From the NCBI RefSeq assembly GCF_900232105.1, contig NZ_LT934425.1:1320001-1352000 (forward strand): a DNA stretch of 32,000 nt. The letters are read 5' to 3'. The notes beneath the pieces were generated by a model that was not told the origin of the DNA, did not search any database, and saw nothing but the letters and a program-made list of their open reading frames with translations. The first letter of the stretch is position 1, and every line of letters starts with the position of its first letter. The DNA comes from Candidatus Kuenenia stuttgartensis. Its GTDB lineage: Bacteria; Planctomycetota; Brocadiia; Brocadiales; Brocadiaceae. Below are positions 16,942 to 26,124 of this stretch, one piece after another. Position numbers and translations under genes: made by a program.

Positions 16942-19000
16942 CCATGTTCCGGAAAGAAATTACTAAAGTCAAATTTGGCAAACACTTATAAACATTGATT
17001 CTGCGACTACATGTCTTTTGGAAGTCTTTTAATTACTGGCCGAAAACAACATTGGACATTCCAAGTTTTTCCAATAGCATTTGTGTGACGGCGGGAAGTT
17101 TCACGGCTTTCTTTAAGGTTTCACCGGTATTTTTAGCCTCAAGAGTGGCGATATCTATATCTTTGAACGGCGCATAGAGTTCCTTTGAGTTTAAAAAATC
17201 TTTTTCTCCTATTGCCTTTCGTTGGTTTGATAGATAACGGTTTATAAAATATGCCAGGATGCAGATAGTATAGACGGCTTTAACATGTGCCTCGGTATTG
17301 ACAAAGAAGGGCCTGATTTTTAAGAACGATTTTACATTTTTAAAGACATCTTCTATTTTTGTCTTGTCCCGATAGGCTCTAACTATAGATTGGGGTTTTG
17401 CTTTAAACGCACCTCCATCTTCCCGTTCTGTATGGTTAGTGATAAAAACACATACGCCATCCAACAATCTATCTGCGGCTATAACATCAGTTAACAGCTT
17501 GATTTCTATTTTGAAACTTTTGACGGATTTGACCTGCCCGTTTTTCAGTCTATGGGTAACGGTGATGGACGTCAGAACAGGGTCTTCGAAATATTTATGA
17601 ATCTTTAACCTTTTCAGCTCATCTACAATGCGGCTCTTTGTTGCGTCATATTGCCGGTCTCTTTGGGCATTTTTAAGGTTTTTATTCTCTTCTTTGAGAT
17701 AATCCTTAAAAAAGGTTATTTTCTCGTCTCTATTATTGCGGTCTTCTATAAATAAAGTGGGATTAAAACCGGTAATAAAACGCTTGTTTCCTATGACGCC
17801 ATTGTCATGGTAGTATAATTCATCATCATAGTTTAAAAACCCTTGCGGGATAGGTATATCGGAGGCGTCCTTATCTTCTATGGATAACCCATTAAGAGAC
17901 TTTAAACTGACACCGCAAGAGGGTATCTGATTTCTATCCAATGCCGAGATGTATTTGAGTTTGGCTTCTTCTATCAAATTGGCATTGTCCTCAGAGATTA
18001 TGCCTCTGTCAAATACAAGGGTGACGTTTTTATCAGTCAATTTGAATCTGGTTTTACAGGCATTGATATTCTGTTTGAGGGTTTTTACCTCAGCGGTGTT
18101 CCCGGGGAATACATCCCATTTGAAAGGATATCCCTCAGAGTTGATAAGAACACCCAGTAAGACCTGCCGCCTGCCATGACACTCTATTTTGCCCTTGCCA
18201 AATGCCGATAGATCACAGTTATATCCCACAAAGTAGGAAGTAGTTAGGTCGTAGTTGATAAATTTATAGGATTCCGGACGTTTCCAGAAGGTTTGGTTAA
18301 AAAGGTGGTTCTCTATAGATATTTTGTTTTTGTGTATTTTATCTAATTCATAATAGATTTTATCGTCATTTAGGCCTGAAAGATCAATTTTAAGAATGTC
18401 CTCCAGCGCGCTCTTTTTCGCCCAATGAGGAATGGAATAATGAGAACACGGATCGGTGCACCTGTTAATAGTCAGTATCTTTGCAATCATATTGGTAGGA
18501 AGGGCGCCTGCAGTGACATCGTAGTCAAAAGCCTGATCAAGCTGCCACTGGTTCCACAACTCATTAACAACGGCTATATCGAGATATGCCCTGCTTTCCA
18601 GGACTGCAACGTCTTTGAGCTGAGTCTGCAATTGATCTGTGTTTTCAACTGTTTTACATATCAGTTTGATTTGCTCGGCTTGAATATCGGAAAGTTTCCC
18701 GATGGGCCAAAGTATTCTTTTTCTGACCTTTTTGCCATCCCTGTAGGATTCGGCAATAGAGTAAGATTTATAGGTTTTCCCTTTGTATTTAGAATCGCTA
18801 TAAGTAAGGTGCATAATGTAGTCCCAATATTCTTTGACTACACTATCATTAATAAAATATTTTGTCAAGTCAGTATTTATAGGGTTATAAAGGATTTGTA
18901 TTAATAAATAGGCCATTTATTCTGCGACTACATATTATTTTGAATTTGTGGAAACCCGCTTAAAATAAGGATTTTGTTGAAATCTTTCCGGAAAGGGGGA
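16942..19000 (-). mobile_element. IS1634-family-like insertion sequence
   Basis: Ends CCCCATGTTCCGGAAAGA and (reverse complement) CCCCCTTTCCGGAAAGA, flanked by ATATA(C) on both sides. Intact array copies read CAATATACTACG with no insertion. Exact boundary is uncertain by 1 bp. Confidence 0.88.
17033..18916 (-). CDS. IS1634-like DDE transposase (627 aa)
   Basis: FDRGIISEDNANLIEEAKLKYISALDRNQ; YRDKTKIEDVFKNVKSFLKIRPFFVNTEAHVKAVYTICILAYFINRYL, typical of the COG5421/IS1634 C-terminal region. Confidence 0.85.
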   Translation of the reverse strand: MAYLLIQILYNPINTDLTKYFINDSVVKEYWDYIMHLTYSDSKYKGKTYKSYSIAESYRDGKKVRKRILWPIGKLSDIQAEQIKLICKTVENTDQLQTQLKDVAVLESRAYLDIAVVNELWNQWQLDQAFDYDVTAGALPTNMIAKILTINRCTDPCSHYSIPHWAKKSALEDILKIDLSGLNDDKIYYELDKIHKNKISIENHLFNQTFWKRPESYKFINYDLTTSYFVGYNCDLSAFGKGKIECHGRRQVLLGVLINSEGYPFKWDVFPGNTAEVKTLKQNINACKTRFKLTDKNVTLVFDRGIISEDNANLIEEAKLKYISALDRNQIPSCGVSLKSLNGLSIEDKDASDIPIPQGFLNYDDELYYHDNGVIGNKRFITGFNPTLFIEDRNNRDEKITFFKDYLKEENKNLKNAQRDRQYDATKSRIVDELKRLKIHKYFEDPVLTSITVTHRLKNGQVKSVKSFKIEIKLLTDVIAADRLLDGVCVFITNHTEREDGGAFKAKPQSIVRAYRDKTKIEDVFKNVKSFLKIRPFFVNTEAHVKAVYTICILAYFINRYLSNQRKAIGEKDFLNSKELYAPFKDIDIATLEAKNTGETLKKAVKLPAVTQMLLEKLGMSNVVFGQ

Positions 19001-19587
19001 TATACTACGAGATATTTTGTGACATAAGAGACGCCATATCGCGGGAGAAAGAAGCAAATTAAGGGTGGCTCAAGGACTAAAAAAATAGAATTAATTAATG
19101 GAATGAATGCAGGATGGAAGGATCTCTATTACGGTTTATGAGGTTGCTTCGGAAAAGACCCTTGCAATGACAAGCTGATACCCTTGTAATGACAAAATAA
19201 GTCACCAGTCATCATGTTTCATTTGCAACACCCAGAAACTATGAAAATGGGTTTATAGCCATATCATATTGCAGTACATGTACTTGAGCTATTTTTTGTA
19301 GTCTTATTTTCGAGCCAGATGACTGGTTTGGCAGGTTTAATTGTAATTTAGATGCATCAGGTTGTGTGTTTGGATGCTACGTAGACGTAGCAAATGATGA
19401 GAGAATAAAAGGAGGTATTCCGAAAGACCGATCACTTGAGAATAAACGACTTACCGGCAAAAATGATATTCGGGAATATGCTTAGAAGTCTTCGTAAATA
19501 ACTTGAACAGATTAAAAGACCGCTGTATCGCAGATGCACGGTTAGCAAAGAGACATTATATAATCAAACACGGGAAAGGAGTATATC

Positions 19588-20402
19588 ATGCAAGGCAACG
19601 AGTTGATAGAAGTTGATACAAACGTCCGTCTCCACATACGGGACTGGGGGCAAGGCAAGACAATCGTGTTCATTCCAGGATGGCCACTAAGCCTTGAGAT
19701 GTATGAGTACCAGTTTACGCAGTTGCCTAAGCATGGTTATCGTTGCGTGGGTATTACGCTGCGCGGCTTCGGCAAATCGTCCAAACCCTGGGGAGAATAT
19801 ACCTATGATGTCTTTGCGGATGATGTCAGGAAGGTGCTGAGGCGCTTGACCTGCGCGACGTCACACTGGCCGGTTTTTCAATGGGTGGTGCTATTGCCCT
19901 GCATTACATGGCCCGCCACAAGGGGGAGAGAGTATCAAAACTGGCTCTCTTTGGTGCGGCAGCACCGAGCTTCGTCAAAAGACATGGTTTCCAATACGGC
20001 CTGGAGTCAGCAGCCGTTAATGGTTTTATAGAGTTGTGCTATGCAGATAGAGCAAAGCTTAATGAGGATTTTGGCAAAATCTTTTTCCGCAGCGAGAATG
20101 CAGTGAGTCCGAAGCTTGGCGAGTGGTTTCACAATATGGGAATGGAAGCATCTCCTCATGCTACCGCAGCCAGTCTTATTGCACTGCGGGATACTGATCT
20201 GCGTGGTGACATGGCAAAGGTCAACGTGCCGACTATGATTTTACACGCCACGCAGGACAAGATATGCCTTTTTGAACTGGCGGAAGCAATGGCGGCAGGA
20301 ATTAAGGGGGCAAAACTGATAGGATTCGAGAAAAGCGGGCATGCCCTGTTCTACGAAGAGAAAGAGAAGTTCAACAAGGAGCTTGCGAACTTTGTTGGCT
20401 AA
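19588..20402 (+). pseudogene. alpha/beta hydrolase (non-heme chloroperoxidase-like), single frameshift
   Basis: Frame 1: VRLHIRDWGQGKTIVFIPGWPLSLEMYEYQ...GFGKSSKPWGEYTYDVFADDVRKVL. The next frame continues EALDLRDVTLAGFSMGGAIALHYMARHKGERVSKLALFGAAAP...DKICLFELAEAMAAGIKGAKLIGFEKSGHALFYEE. Apparent 1-nt deletion near 19838. Confidence 0.85.
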
Positions 20403-20653
20403 TGCGGTATGTTTTAGTTGATACCAATTTCGGGGGTACTAATGAAGCCCCGTTACCTCGGAAACAAAAGAGCTTTTAATAGGAGCATTCCCGATTTTTT
20501 GTAACCGTTTGTGTGATTAGGGCAAAACAAGGCTGCCAGGGGTTAATACTACTTTACGTTTCATTAAAACATGGCAGAAGTCACAAAAAACCAGGAATGC
20601 ACCTGTATCAACCCCACAAGGGCATGAAAGCTGCAGGGATATGGCAAGCTTGT

Positions 20654-20669
20654 CCCCCGCTGGCGGGGG
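20654..20669. repeat. GC-rich hairpin CCCCCGC-TG-GCGGGGG
   Basis: Direct inverted repeat, part of TGTCCCCCGCTGGCGGGGGATTAAGGGGG. Confidence 0.85.
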
Positions 20670-20774
20670 ATTAAGGGGGTGGAATTGTCTGCGGAGCGTG
20701 GGAAAGAGGGGCGAATTCGTTTTCATAATAAAGGGGTAGTTGAATCGGTGGAGAAATCCAGTCCACCCCCTGCA

Positions 20775-22162
20775 CCCATAAGCGCTAACTTGTTTTAGGT
20801 ATGCTCGAAGTATTTTGATATCTGTGTTTTTCGGATTCTTGTATTTTCTGCTAAAGAACAAGCAATGTCATTCCAGCACTTAAGAACTTCCTGTAATGAT
20901 AACGCTGGTTCTATAGCCCGTTTTACTTGATTAAGCATAAAAGCAAATTCACGCCATTTGCTTTTAGTCTTCTTGCTTGACAATGAAGTATCCCCAGGGG
21001 GAAAAAGACGTAGCAAAATCTATTAGTTTTTCTGTCAAAAGAGCAACGAATAGTTTGCCATAAAGCCAAGCTTTTGAGCTATCATCATCGTATTTAGGTA
21101 AGTGTCCAAATTGTGCTATTTGTTTAAATCTTTTAAAGACCAGTTCAATTTGCCATCGAACTCGATACCATTCTAAGATATCAAAAGCGGTAAATTGATT
21201 TTCAGGAAACGTTGTGAATACTATTACGTACTTGGCATAAATAAGGGTCTCCGGTTTTAGTTCAATGCCCTTTTTGCTTGCATGTCTTTTAAGTTTTTTA
21301 TGAGCTATTTTAATGGCTTCTTCTGTTTTGTGTATTATACAAAGACGACCTTTGACATATTCAGTATTATCAACGTTTGGAATAAAAACGTTCCATGATT
21401 TTATAGCAAGGGGTCTTTTTAAATATTGGATTTCTTTCAATAAAGGAAAGGGTTTCTTTTCTTCGCCGAATATCCGTAGAGATTGCGAATTAACTCTAAC
21501 GCTAAGATAAGCGCCTTTCCTTGTTGCATGATGAATTCCTTGGCCAGTACAGTAACCTCTGTCAGCTATAATATAATCATCTTTTTTCATCGGAAACTGC
21601 CGAAAAGATTCTCCTGTGCCTTCTCCTTCAGTTCCCGTAAGTTTAAAGAAATCGCAAGATAATGAAGGAACCTCAATACTATAATGAATGCGCCAAAGAC
21701 TTCCTGTTTTCCCAGGTTCCTTTACTGTTGTTGCATCAAATAAGCGAAGATGAAAATTATTCCGTTTATTAATTTGGAGGCCACGCTCACGGAATAAAGA
21801 TAAACATAATTTATATAGCCATTCTTTGCTCTTTTTTAATCGCTTTAATAAGGCAACATCGGATAAATCTGCTAAGTTAGCACGCTTGGCTCGAACTACT
21901 GTTTCACGCAATGAATAGCCACATCCTAAATGAATTAATAATGTTCGAAGAAGCTTTTCTTCAGATTTATCCTTGCGCAAGCCTTTTAAAGCATTTGTAT
22001 CAACGGCTAAACTTTTCCAATCGTTTGGGAAGAAAGTTCTTAGAAGATCCCAATCTTCTCTCATCATGGCTTTATCCTCCTATAGAGTGATTAGCGGGAT
22101 AATTAACATAAAAATACCATGATGAATAAAATTTGTCAATAAAACAAGTTAGCGCTTATGGG
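20775..22162 (-). mobile_element. IS4-family-like insertion sequence
   Basis: Terminal inverted repeats CCCATAAGCGCTAACTTGTTTT (20775-20796) / AAAACAAGTTAGCGCTTATGGG (22141-22162), exact over 22 bp. No clear target duplication found. Confidence 0.85.
20795..22067 (-). pseudogene. IS4-like DDE transposase, split by a frameshift
   Basis: DATTVKEPGKTGSLWRIHY; IADRGYC; YRVRWQIELVFKRFKQIAQFGHLP. The C-terminal part (KWREFAFMLNQVKRAIEPALSLQEVLKCWNDIA) is in another frame after TTTTTCCCCCTGGGG, near 20995-21011. Confidence 0.88.
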
Positions 22163-22251
22163 GCAAGGGGTGGATGCTAATCCCTTTAACCACTTATAAA
22201 GTTTGAACCGAATAATTATAACGAAAGGGAAGCGGGAGCTTCCAATGCACT

Positions 22252-22281
22252 TGCGTTCCCAAGCCGGAGCTTGGGAACGAG
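22252..22281. repeat. dispersed palindromic repeat TGCGTTCCCAAGCCGGAGCTTGGGAACGAG
   Basis: Same GTTCCCAA...TTGGGAAC family as the hairpins at 11583-11606 and 11736-11783. Confidence 0.8.
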
Positions 22282-22433
22282 GGTATTAATAAGAAAAATA
22301 TTCAATATTCAATTCTCAAATTTTTGCTCAGAACAAGTGACAAATAAATTCCAGATGCCAAACAGGAATTTTGTGATTTGGGCATTGGAATTTTACCGCA
22401 ATACGTGGCCCCATCATACGCATAAACCCATAA

Positions 22434-22455
22434 GTTCAGGTTTGCAAACCTGAAC
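22434..22455. repeat. 22-bp perfect palindrome GTTCAGGTTTGCAAACCTGAAC, nested in CCCATAA...TTATGGG
   Basis: Read directly; outer arms at 22427-22433 and 22466-22472. Confidence 0.95.
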
Positions 22456-22713
22456 CCGCCGGGAGTTATGGGCTGTCAAAGTGAAGCTGACGTCAAAACC
22501 CTCTTTACAGGACTTCGACAATCTTAACCGTGCTGCCGATCTGATTGAAGCGGATATACGGGTACTTATCTCCCAGACAACCCAGTCAGCAGCAGGAAAG
22601 ACACACATTTCATGCCCCTTGCCAGTCTTGTTGAAAATACTCGTTGAACGATAATATATATCAGGTAAAATTTAAAAGGTATTTCTTGTGCTAATCTATA
22701 TTTGTGAAACACC

Positions 22714-22847
22714 TTAGTTTTTTGAAACCGTAGGGGCGAAGCATTTGCCATAACTGGCATACATGCATTCATGCCCAAACGGGCAAATGCTTCGCCCCTA
22801 CATCGTGCGGCAAACAATGTAACTATTGGAATTTTTCAAAAAACTAA
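22714..22847. repeat. nested inverted-repeat element upstream of the HAD gene
   Basis: Inner perfect 20-bp IR GTAGGGGCGAAGCATTTGCC (22730-22749) / GGCAAATGCTTCGCCCCTAC (22782-22801). Outer perfect 14-bp IR TTAGTTTTTTGAAA (22714-22727) / TTTCAAAAAACTAA (22834-22847). Confidence 0.92.
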
Positions 22848-22903
22848 AATGTTACATATTTGTTATTTTACCTAAAACACTCGCAATAAAAGGAACATAC
22901 ATA

Positions 22904-23515
22904 ATGTTACAGGGAATCATATTTGATATGGACGGCACACTTACCAAGCCCAAAGTGGATTTCGCAGCCGTTGAAAGAGACATTGGCGCAAAGGTTGGGT
23001 TTATTTTAGACTATGCAGAACAATCCAGTCCTGAAGAACGCGCAAGGGCAATGGGTATCCTTGAGCGTTTTGAGGAACAAGCGGCAATGGAATCGGAACT
23101 CAATGAAGGGGTAACAGAGATGCTGGAATTTTTGCAAAAGAAACAATTAAGAACAGCTCTTTTAACCCGCAACTCTCGCAAATCGGTCGATACCGTTCTT
23201 AAGAAACACAACCTGCATTTTGAATTTATCGTAAGCCGTGACGACGCCAAGCCAAAACCGGATCCGGATCCTATTTTTCTGCTAAGCAAAATGATGAATA
23301 TCCATACAGACCATTTATTGATGGTTGGAGACTATAAATACGATATTATGTGCGGCAAGGCGGCGGGGACGCGAACGGTTCTTTTGCGTTACAAAGAGTA
23401 TGTCGAAACAGAGGTAATACCTGATTTTGAAATAGATTGTATTAAGGACATCGTACACATCATAGAACATTTTGAAAAGGCAAAGTTAAACACACATGGG
23501 AAAACGAATTTTTAA
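22904..23515 (+). CDS. HAD-superfamily hydrolase (phosphoglycolate-phosphatase-like)
   Basis: FDMDGTLTKPKVDF (DxDGT), LLTRNSRKSVDTVL, KPKPDPDPIFLL, MVGDYKYDIMCGKAAGTRTVLL. Preferred start 22904 with AAAGGAAC upstream. Confidence 0.92.
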   Translation: MLQGIIFDMDGTLTKPKVDFAAVERDIGAKVGFILDYAEQSSPEERARAMGILERFEEQAAMESELNEGVTEMLEFLQKKQLRTALLTRNSRKSVDTVLKKHNLHFEFIVSRDDAKPKPDPDPIFLLSKMMNIHTDHLLMVGDYKYDIMCGKAAGTRTVLLRYKEYVETEVIPDFEIDCIKDIVHIIEHFEKAKLNTHGKTNF

Positions 23516-24209
23516 CAGCACTATTTTCAGCCTATTTGCTTCTGCGCTAATTATTTTTCTCGTTAACAGGGCTTCTCTTTGCAGCGAACAGGCAAAACGC
23601 AAGACGCTGGACGAAGTTCTCCTTGCAATAGAAAAGGCAGACGGCGAATTCAAAACCATGAGGGCCAATATAGCGATCACCAGAACCATTCCACTGCTGG
23701 ATTCCACGGAAGTATCCAGAGGAAAGATGCAATATAAAAAACCCGACCGGTTACATTTAAAATTTGACCCTCCCCGCGATGAGGTAAACATTATTGACGG
23801 AAAACACCTGTGGATATATCATCCAAAAGCAAAGCAGGTCGAAAAATATGCTGTAAATAAAGGAGAACATACCGCACAGAACATACATTTCTTTGGGTTT
23901 GGTTATGGAGAATCGGTAGCTTCGGCGAAAAAAGACTACACAATTTCCCTGGCAGATACAATGGAGGCCGGTAAGAAATGTTTTTATGCGCTTGATTTAA
24001 CCCCCAAAAGCACTTCATCCCAATATGCAAAAATTCGCCTGTGGATAGAGGAAGGGGTATGGCTGCCGGTAAAAATAGAATTGCATGAAAGCGGCGGTGA
24101 AGTGGTAAATTTGATTGAATTTGAGAGCATCACGCTCAACAGCCGGATGTCTGATAAACTCTTTATGTTTGATCCCCCGAAAGGAGTGGAAATTATTGAA
24201 CCGTTTTAG
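23496..24209 (+). CDS. outer-membrane lipoprotein carrier protein LolA-like (COG2834)
   Basis: Signal peptide; FKTMRANIAITRTIPLLDSTEVSRGKMQYKKPDRLHLKFDPPRDEVNIIDGKHLWIYHPKAKQVEKY; C-terminal VNLIEFESITLNSRMSDKLFMFDPPKGVEII. Confidence 0.85.
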   Translation: MGKRIFNSTIFSLFASALIIFLVNRASLCSEQAKRKTLDEVLLAIEKADGEFKTMRANIAITRTIPLLDSTEVSRGKMQYKKPDRLHLKFDPPRDEVNIIDGKHLWIYHPKAKQVEKYAVNKGEHTAQNIHFFGFGYGESVASAKKDYTISLADTMEAGKKCFYALDLTPKSTSSQYAKIRLWIEEGVWLPVKIELHESGGEVVNLIEFESITLNSRMSDKLFMFDPPKGVEIIEPF

Positions 24210-24314
24210 CAAAACCCTGTATTCCTTTCTCTTCTGTACTGCAAATGTATAAAACCTTGCTTCCGGGTTGCGGCCACCCCACGCCTTGTTCTCCGCATTC
24301 CCGAAAACAATGTA

Positions 24315-25283
24315 TCAACTCGTTCTTTTAACTCTTTCTTCCCCCATGAGTGTTTCAAGAAGAGGCTTGTTTTGTACTGCAACGTCTTTGTAATAATTCA
24401 GTGTCTTTAGCCTTTCATGTTTTAATATCTCACCCCCCTCAAGCCTCTCAATTGCCTTTCGGTTCATGTACGCTATTTCATATAAGGGGTCGATTTCCAA
24501 GGCCTTATCAATGGCGGATAACGCAAGTTCTTTCTTTCCTAAATGCGCATAGCACAAACCTATATTCCCCCACGACTGTGCATGCCCGGCGACCATTTCC
24601 GTACATTTTTTAAAACCGCACAGGGCGTCTTCTCATTGAGCATTATCCATATGGGAAAATGCCTCATGAAATTTCCTTTCTCCTTCGAGGTATTTATTTA
24701 AACCGACTCCATGATGTTTCATTATATGTTCCTCGCTTTCAAGAAGCATATGCCTTGCCGCCTTCACAAACTCACTATCCTCTTCACCGATAATCACTAT
24801 TCTTTTCAATGTTCTCAAATAGTTTACCATGTCAGATATTTTCAGCATCGCTACCGCCTTGTTATAATGCGCCTGGACAAAATATGGAAAAATTTCAATT
24901 GCCTTATCAAAGTGTAGTATTGCCTCATCATACATACCCTTAAATGCATAGACAACGCCCATGCCATATTGCACAACATGATTTTCCGGGTGCATGCGCA
25001 ATAATTCATCCATCTTTGCTTTTGCCGCATCAATATCGCCCTTCTCCTGCAATAGTAAGGCATTGTCAACCTCCCGTTCAATTCCTTTGTCACTGCTGTA
25101 TTTCTCTGCGGTATGACATCGGGCGGCGTGATATCTTTCCGCATATTCATAATAATTGCAGCCTTCGCACATTTGAGTACGAATAGAAGCGCAACATTTC
25201 GGACAAATCAATGCATCATGGCGCTCCTTACAACCTCTTTTTGCCTTTGTCGCATTACACAGGACACACCTTGTTTTTTTCAT
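24315..25283 (-). pseudogene. zinc-finger/TPR protein interrupted by an in-frame TGA at 24633-24635
   Basis: N-terminal CVLCNATKAKRGCKERHDALICPKCCASIRTQMCEGC, then TPRs. The ORF stops at ...HMDNAQ(*), and the same frame continues EDALCGFKKCTEMVAGHAQSWGNIGLCYAHLGKKELALSAIDKALEIDPLYEIAYMNRK. Confidence 0.8.
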
Positions 25284-25368
25284 ATTTTCATAACCTCGCT
25301 TTAAAACTGCTATGAGAGAAACAACTTCATCATTATTTAATCATCGGTAAAAATCCCTGTATTCCTGT

Positions 25369-25836
25369 TTAGAGCCGGTGACCGTGGCAAATTGCGATGG
25401 CAAGGGCGTCAGATGCGTCCTCCGGCTGCGGAATTTCCGGCAAACCAAGTATGGCTTTTACCATTTCCTGCACCTTGCCTTTATGGGCATTTCCGTTTCC
25501 GGCAACCGCTTTCTTCACCACTCTGGCAGCATATTCAGCAATAGGAATATTTGCCATCGCAGCGCACAGAAAGATAATGCCCCTGCCTTCCCCTATTTTA
25601 ATGGCTGCTTTAAAATTTTTGCCAAAAAAAACCTCTTCTACCGCCATGTGATCAGGCTTATATATTGTTATTAACTCTGTTACCCCTGTGTATATTGTTT
25701 TGAGGCGTTCCGGGAAATTCTGGTTCTTGCCGGTTTTTATAGAACCATACGCGACCGCTTTTATTTCCGCACCGGATTTTTCTATTACGCCATATCCGGC
25801 AATCAGCGTTCCTGGGTCAATTCCGAGAATTTTCAT
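25369..25836 (-). CDS. ruvC: crossover junction endodeoxyribonuclease RuvC
   Basis: MKILGIDPGTLIAGYGVIE; MAVEEVFFGKNFKAAIKIGEGRGI; AARVVKKAVAGNGNAHKGKVQEMV; PEDASDALAIAICH. Confidence 0.97.
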   Translation of the reverse strand: MKILGIDPGTLIAGYGVIEKSGAEIKAVAYGSIKTGKNQNFPERLKTIYTGVTELITIYKPDHMAVEEVFFGKNFKAAIKIGEGRGIIFLCAAMANIPIAEYAARVVKKAVAGNGNAHKGKVQEMVKAILGLPEIPQPEDASDALAIAICHGHRL

Positions 25837-26124
25837 AGTCCAGTATTGATAATTATTTTAATGTTTAGACATTTTCAATTGGCCATTGGTAAGTTTGTGA
25901 TGAATTTCTTAATCTGTGCAATCTGTGGTTCCCTTTCGAATCTCGTATTTTTTATTTCTAGATTGTTTGGTTCTGGCTATGCCAGCTTAGGAATTTCAAT
26001 AATTTTTAGTTAAGCATATCCCCGTTTTTCAACCGTAAGTTTTTGTTTGACAATTTAGCCCTTCAAGCATACCCTTACTATTGTTCACAGACTTAAAACA
26101 AATCGCTTTTTTATACATAGTACC

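Larger units (their letters stand above)
15725..19316. repeat. tandem array of ~465-bp units (three full copies plus a partial fourth), third copy split by an IS
   Basis: The anchor TCATCATGTTTCATTTGCAACACCCAGAAAC starts at 15726, 16191, 16682 and 19209. Removing the IS gives an intercopy distance of ~463 bp. Confidence 0.92.

Noticed and set aside
18425-18904. 159-aa plus-strand ORF
   Set aside because: Antisense to the IS1634-like transposase.
15725-19316. Possible CRISPR array from the repeated pattern
   Set aside because: Units are ~465 bp with no short direct repeats separated by unique spacers, and no cas genes are present.
24633-24635. Selenocysteine or a reassigned UGA code as the explanation for the in-frame TGA
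   Set aside because: Many genes in the window end naturally in TGA and use TGG for Trp, and no SECIS-like context is evident; mutation or sequencing error is simpler.
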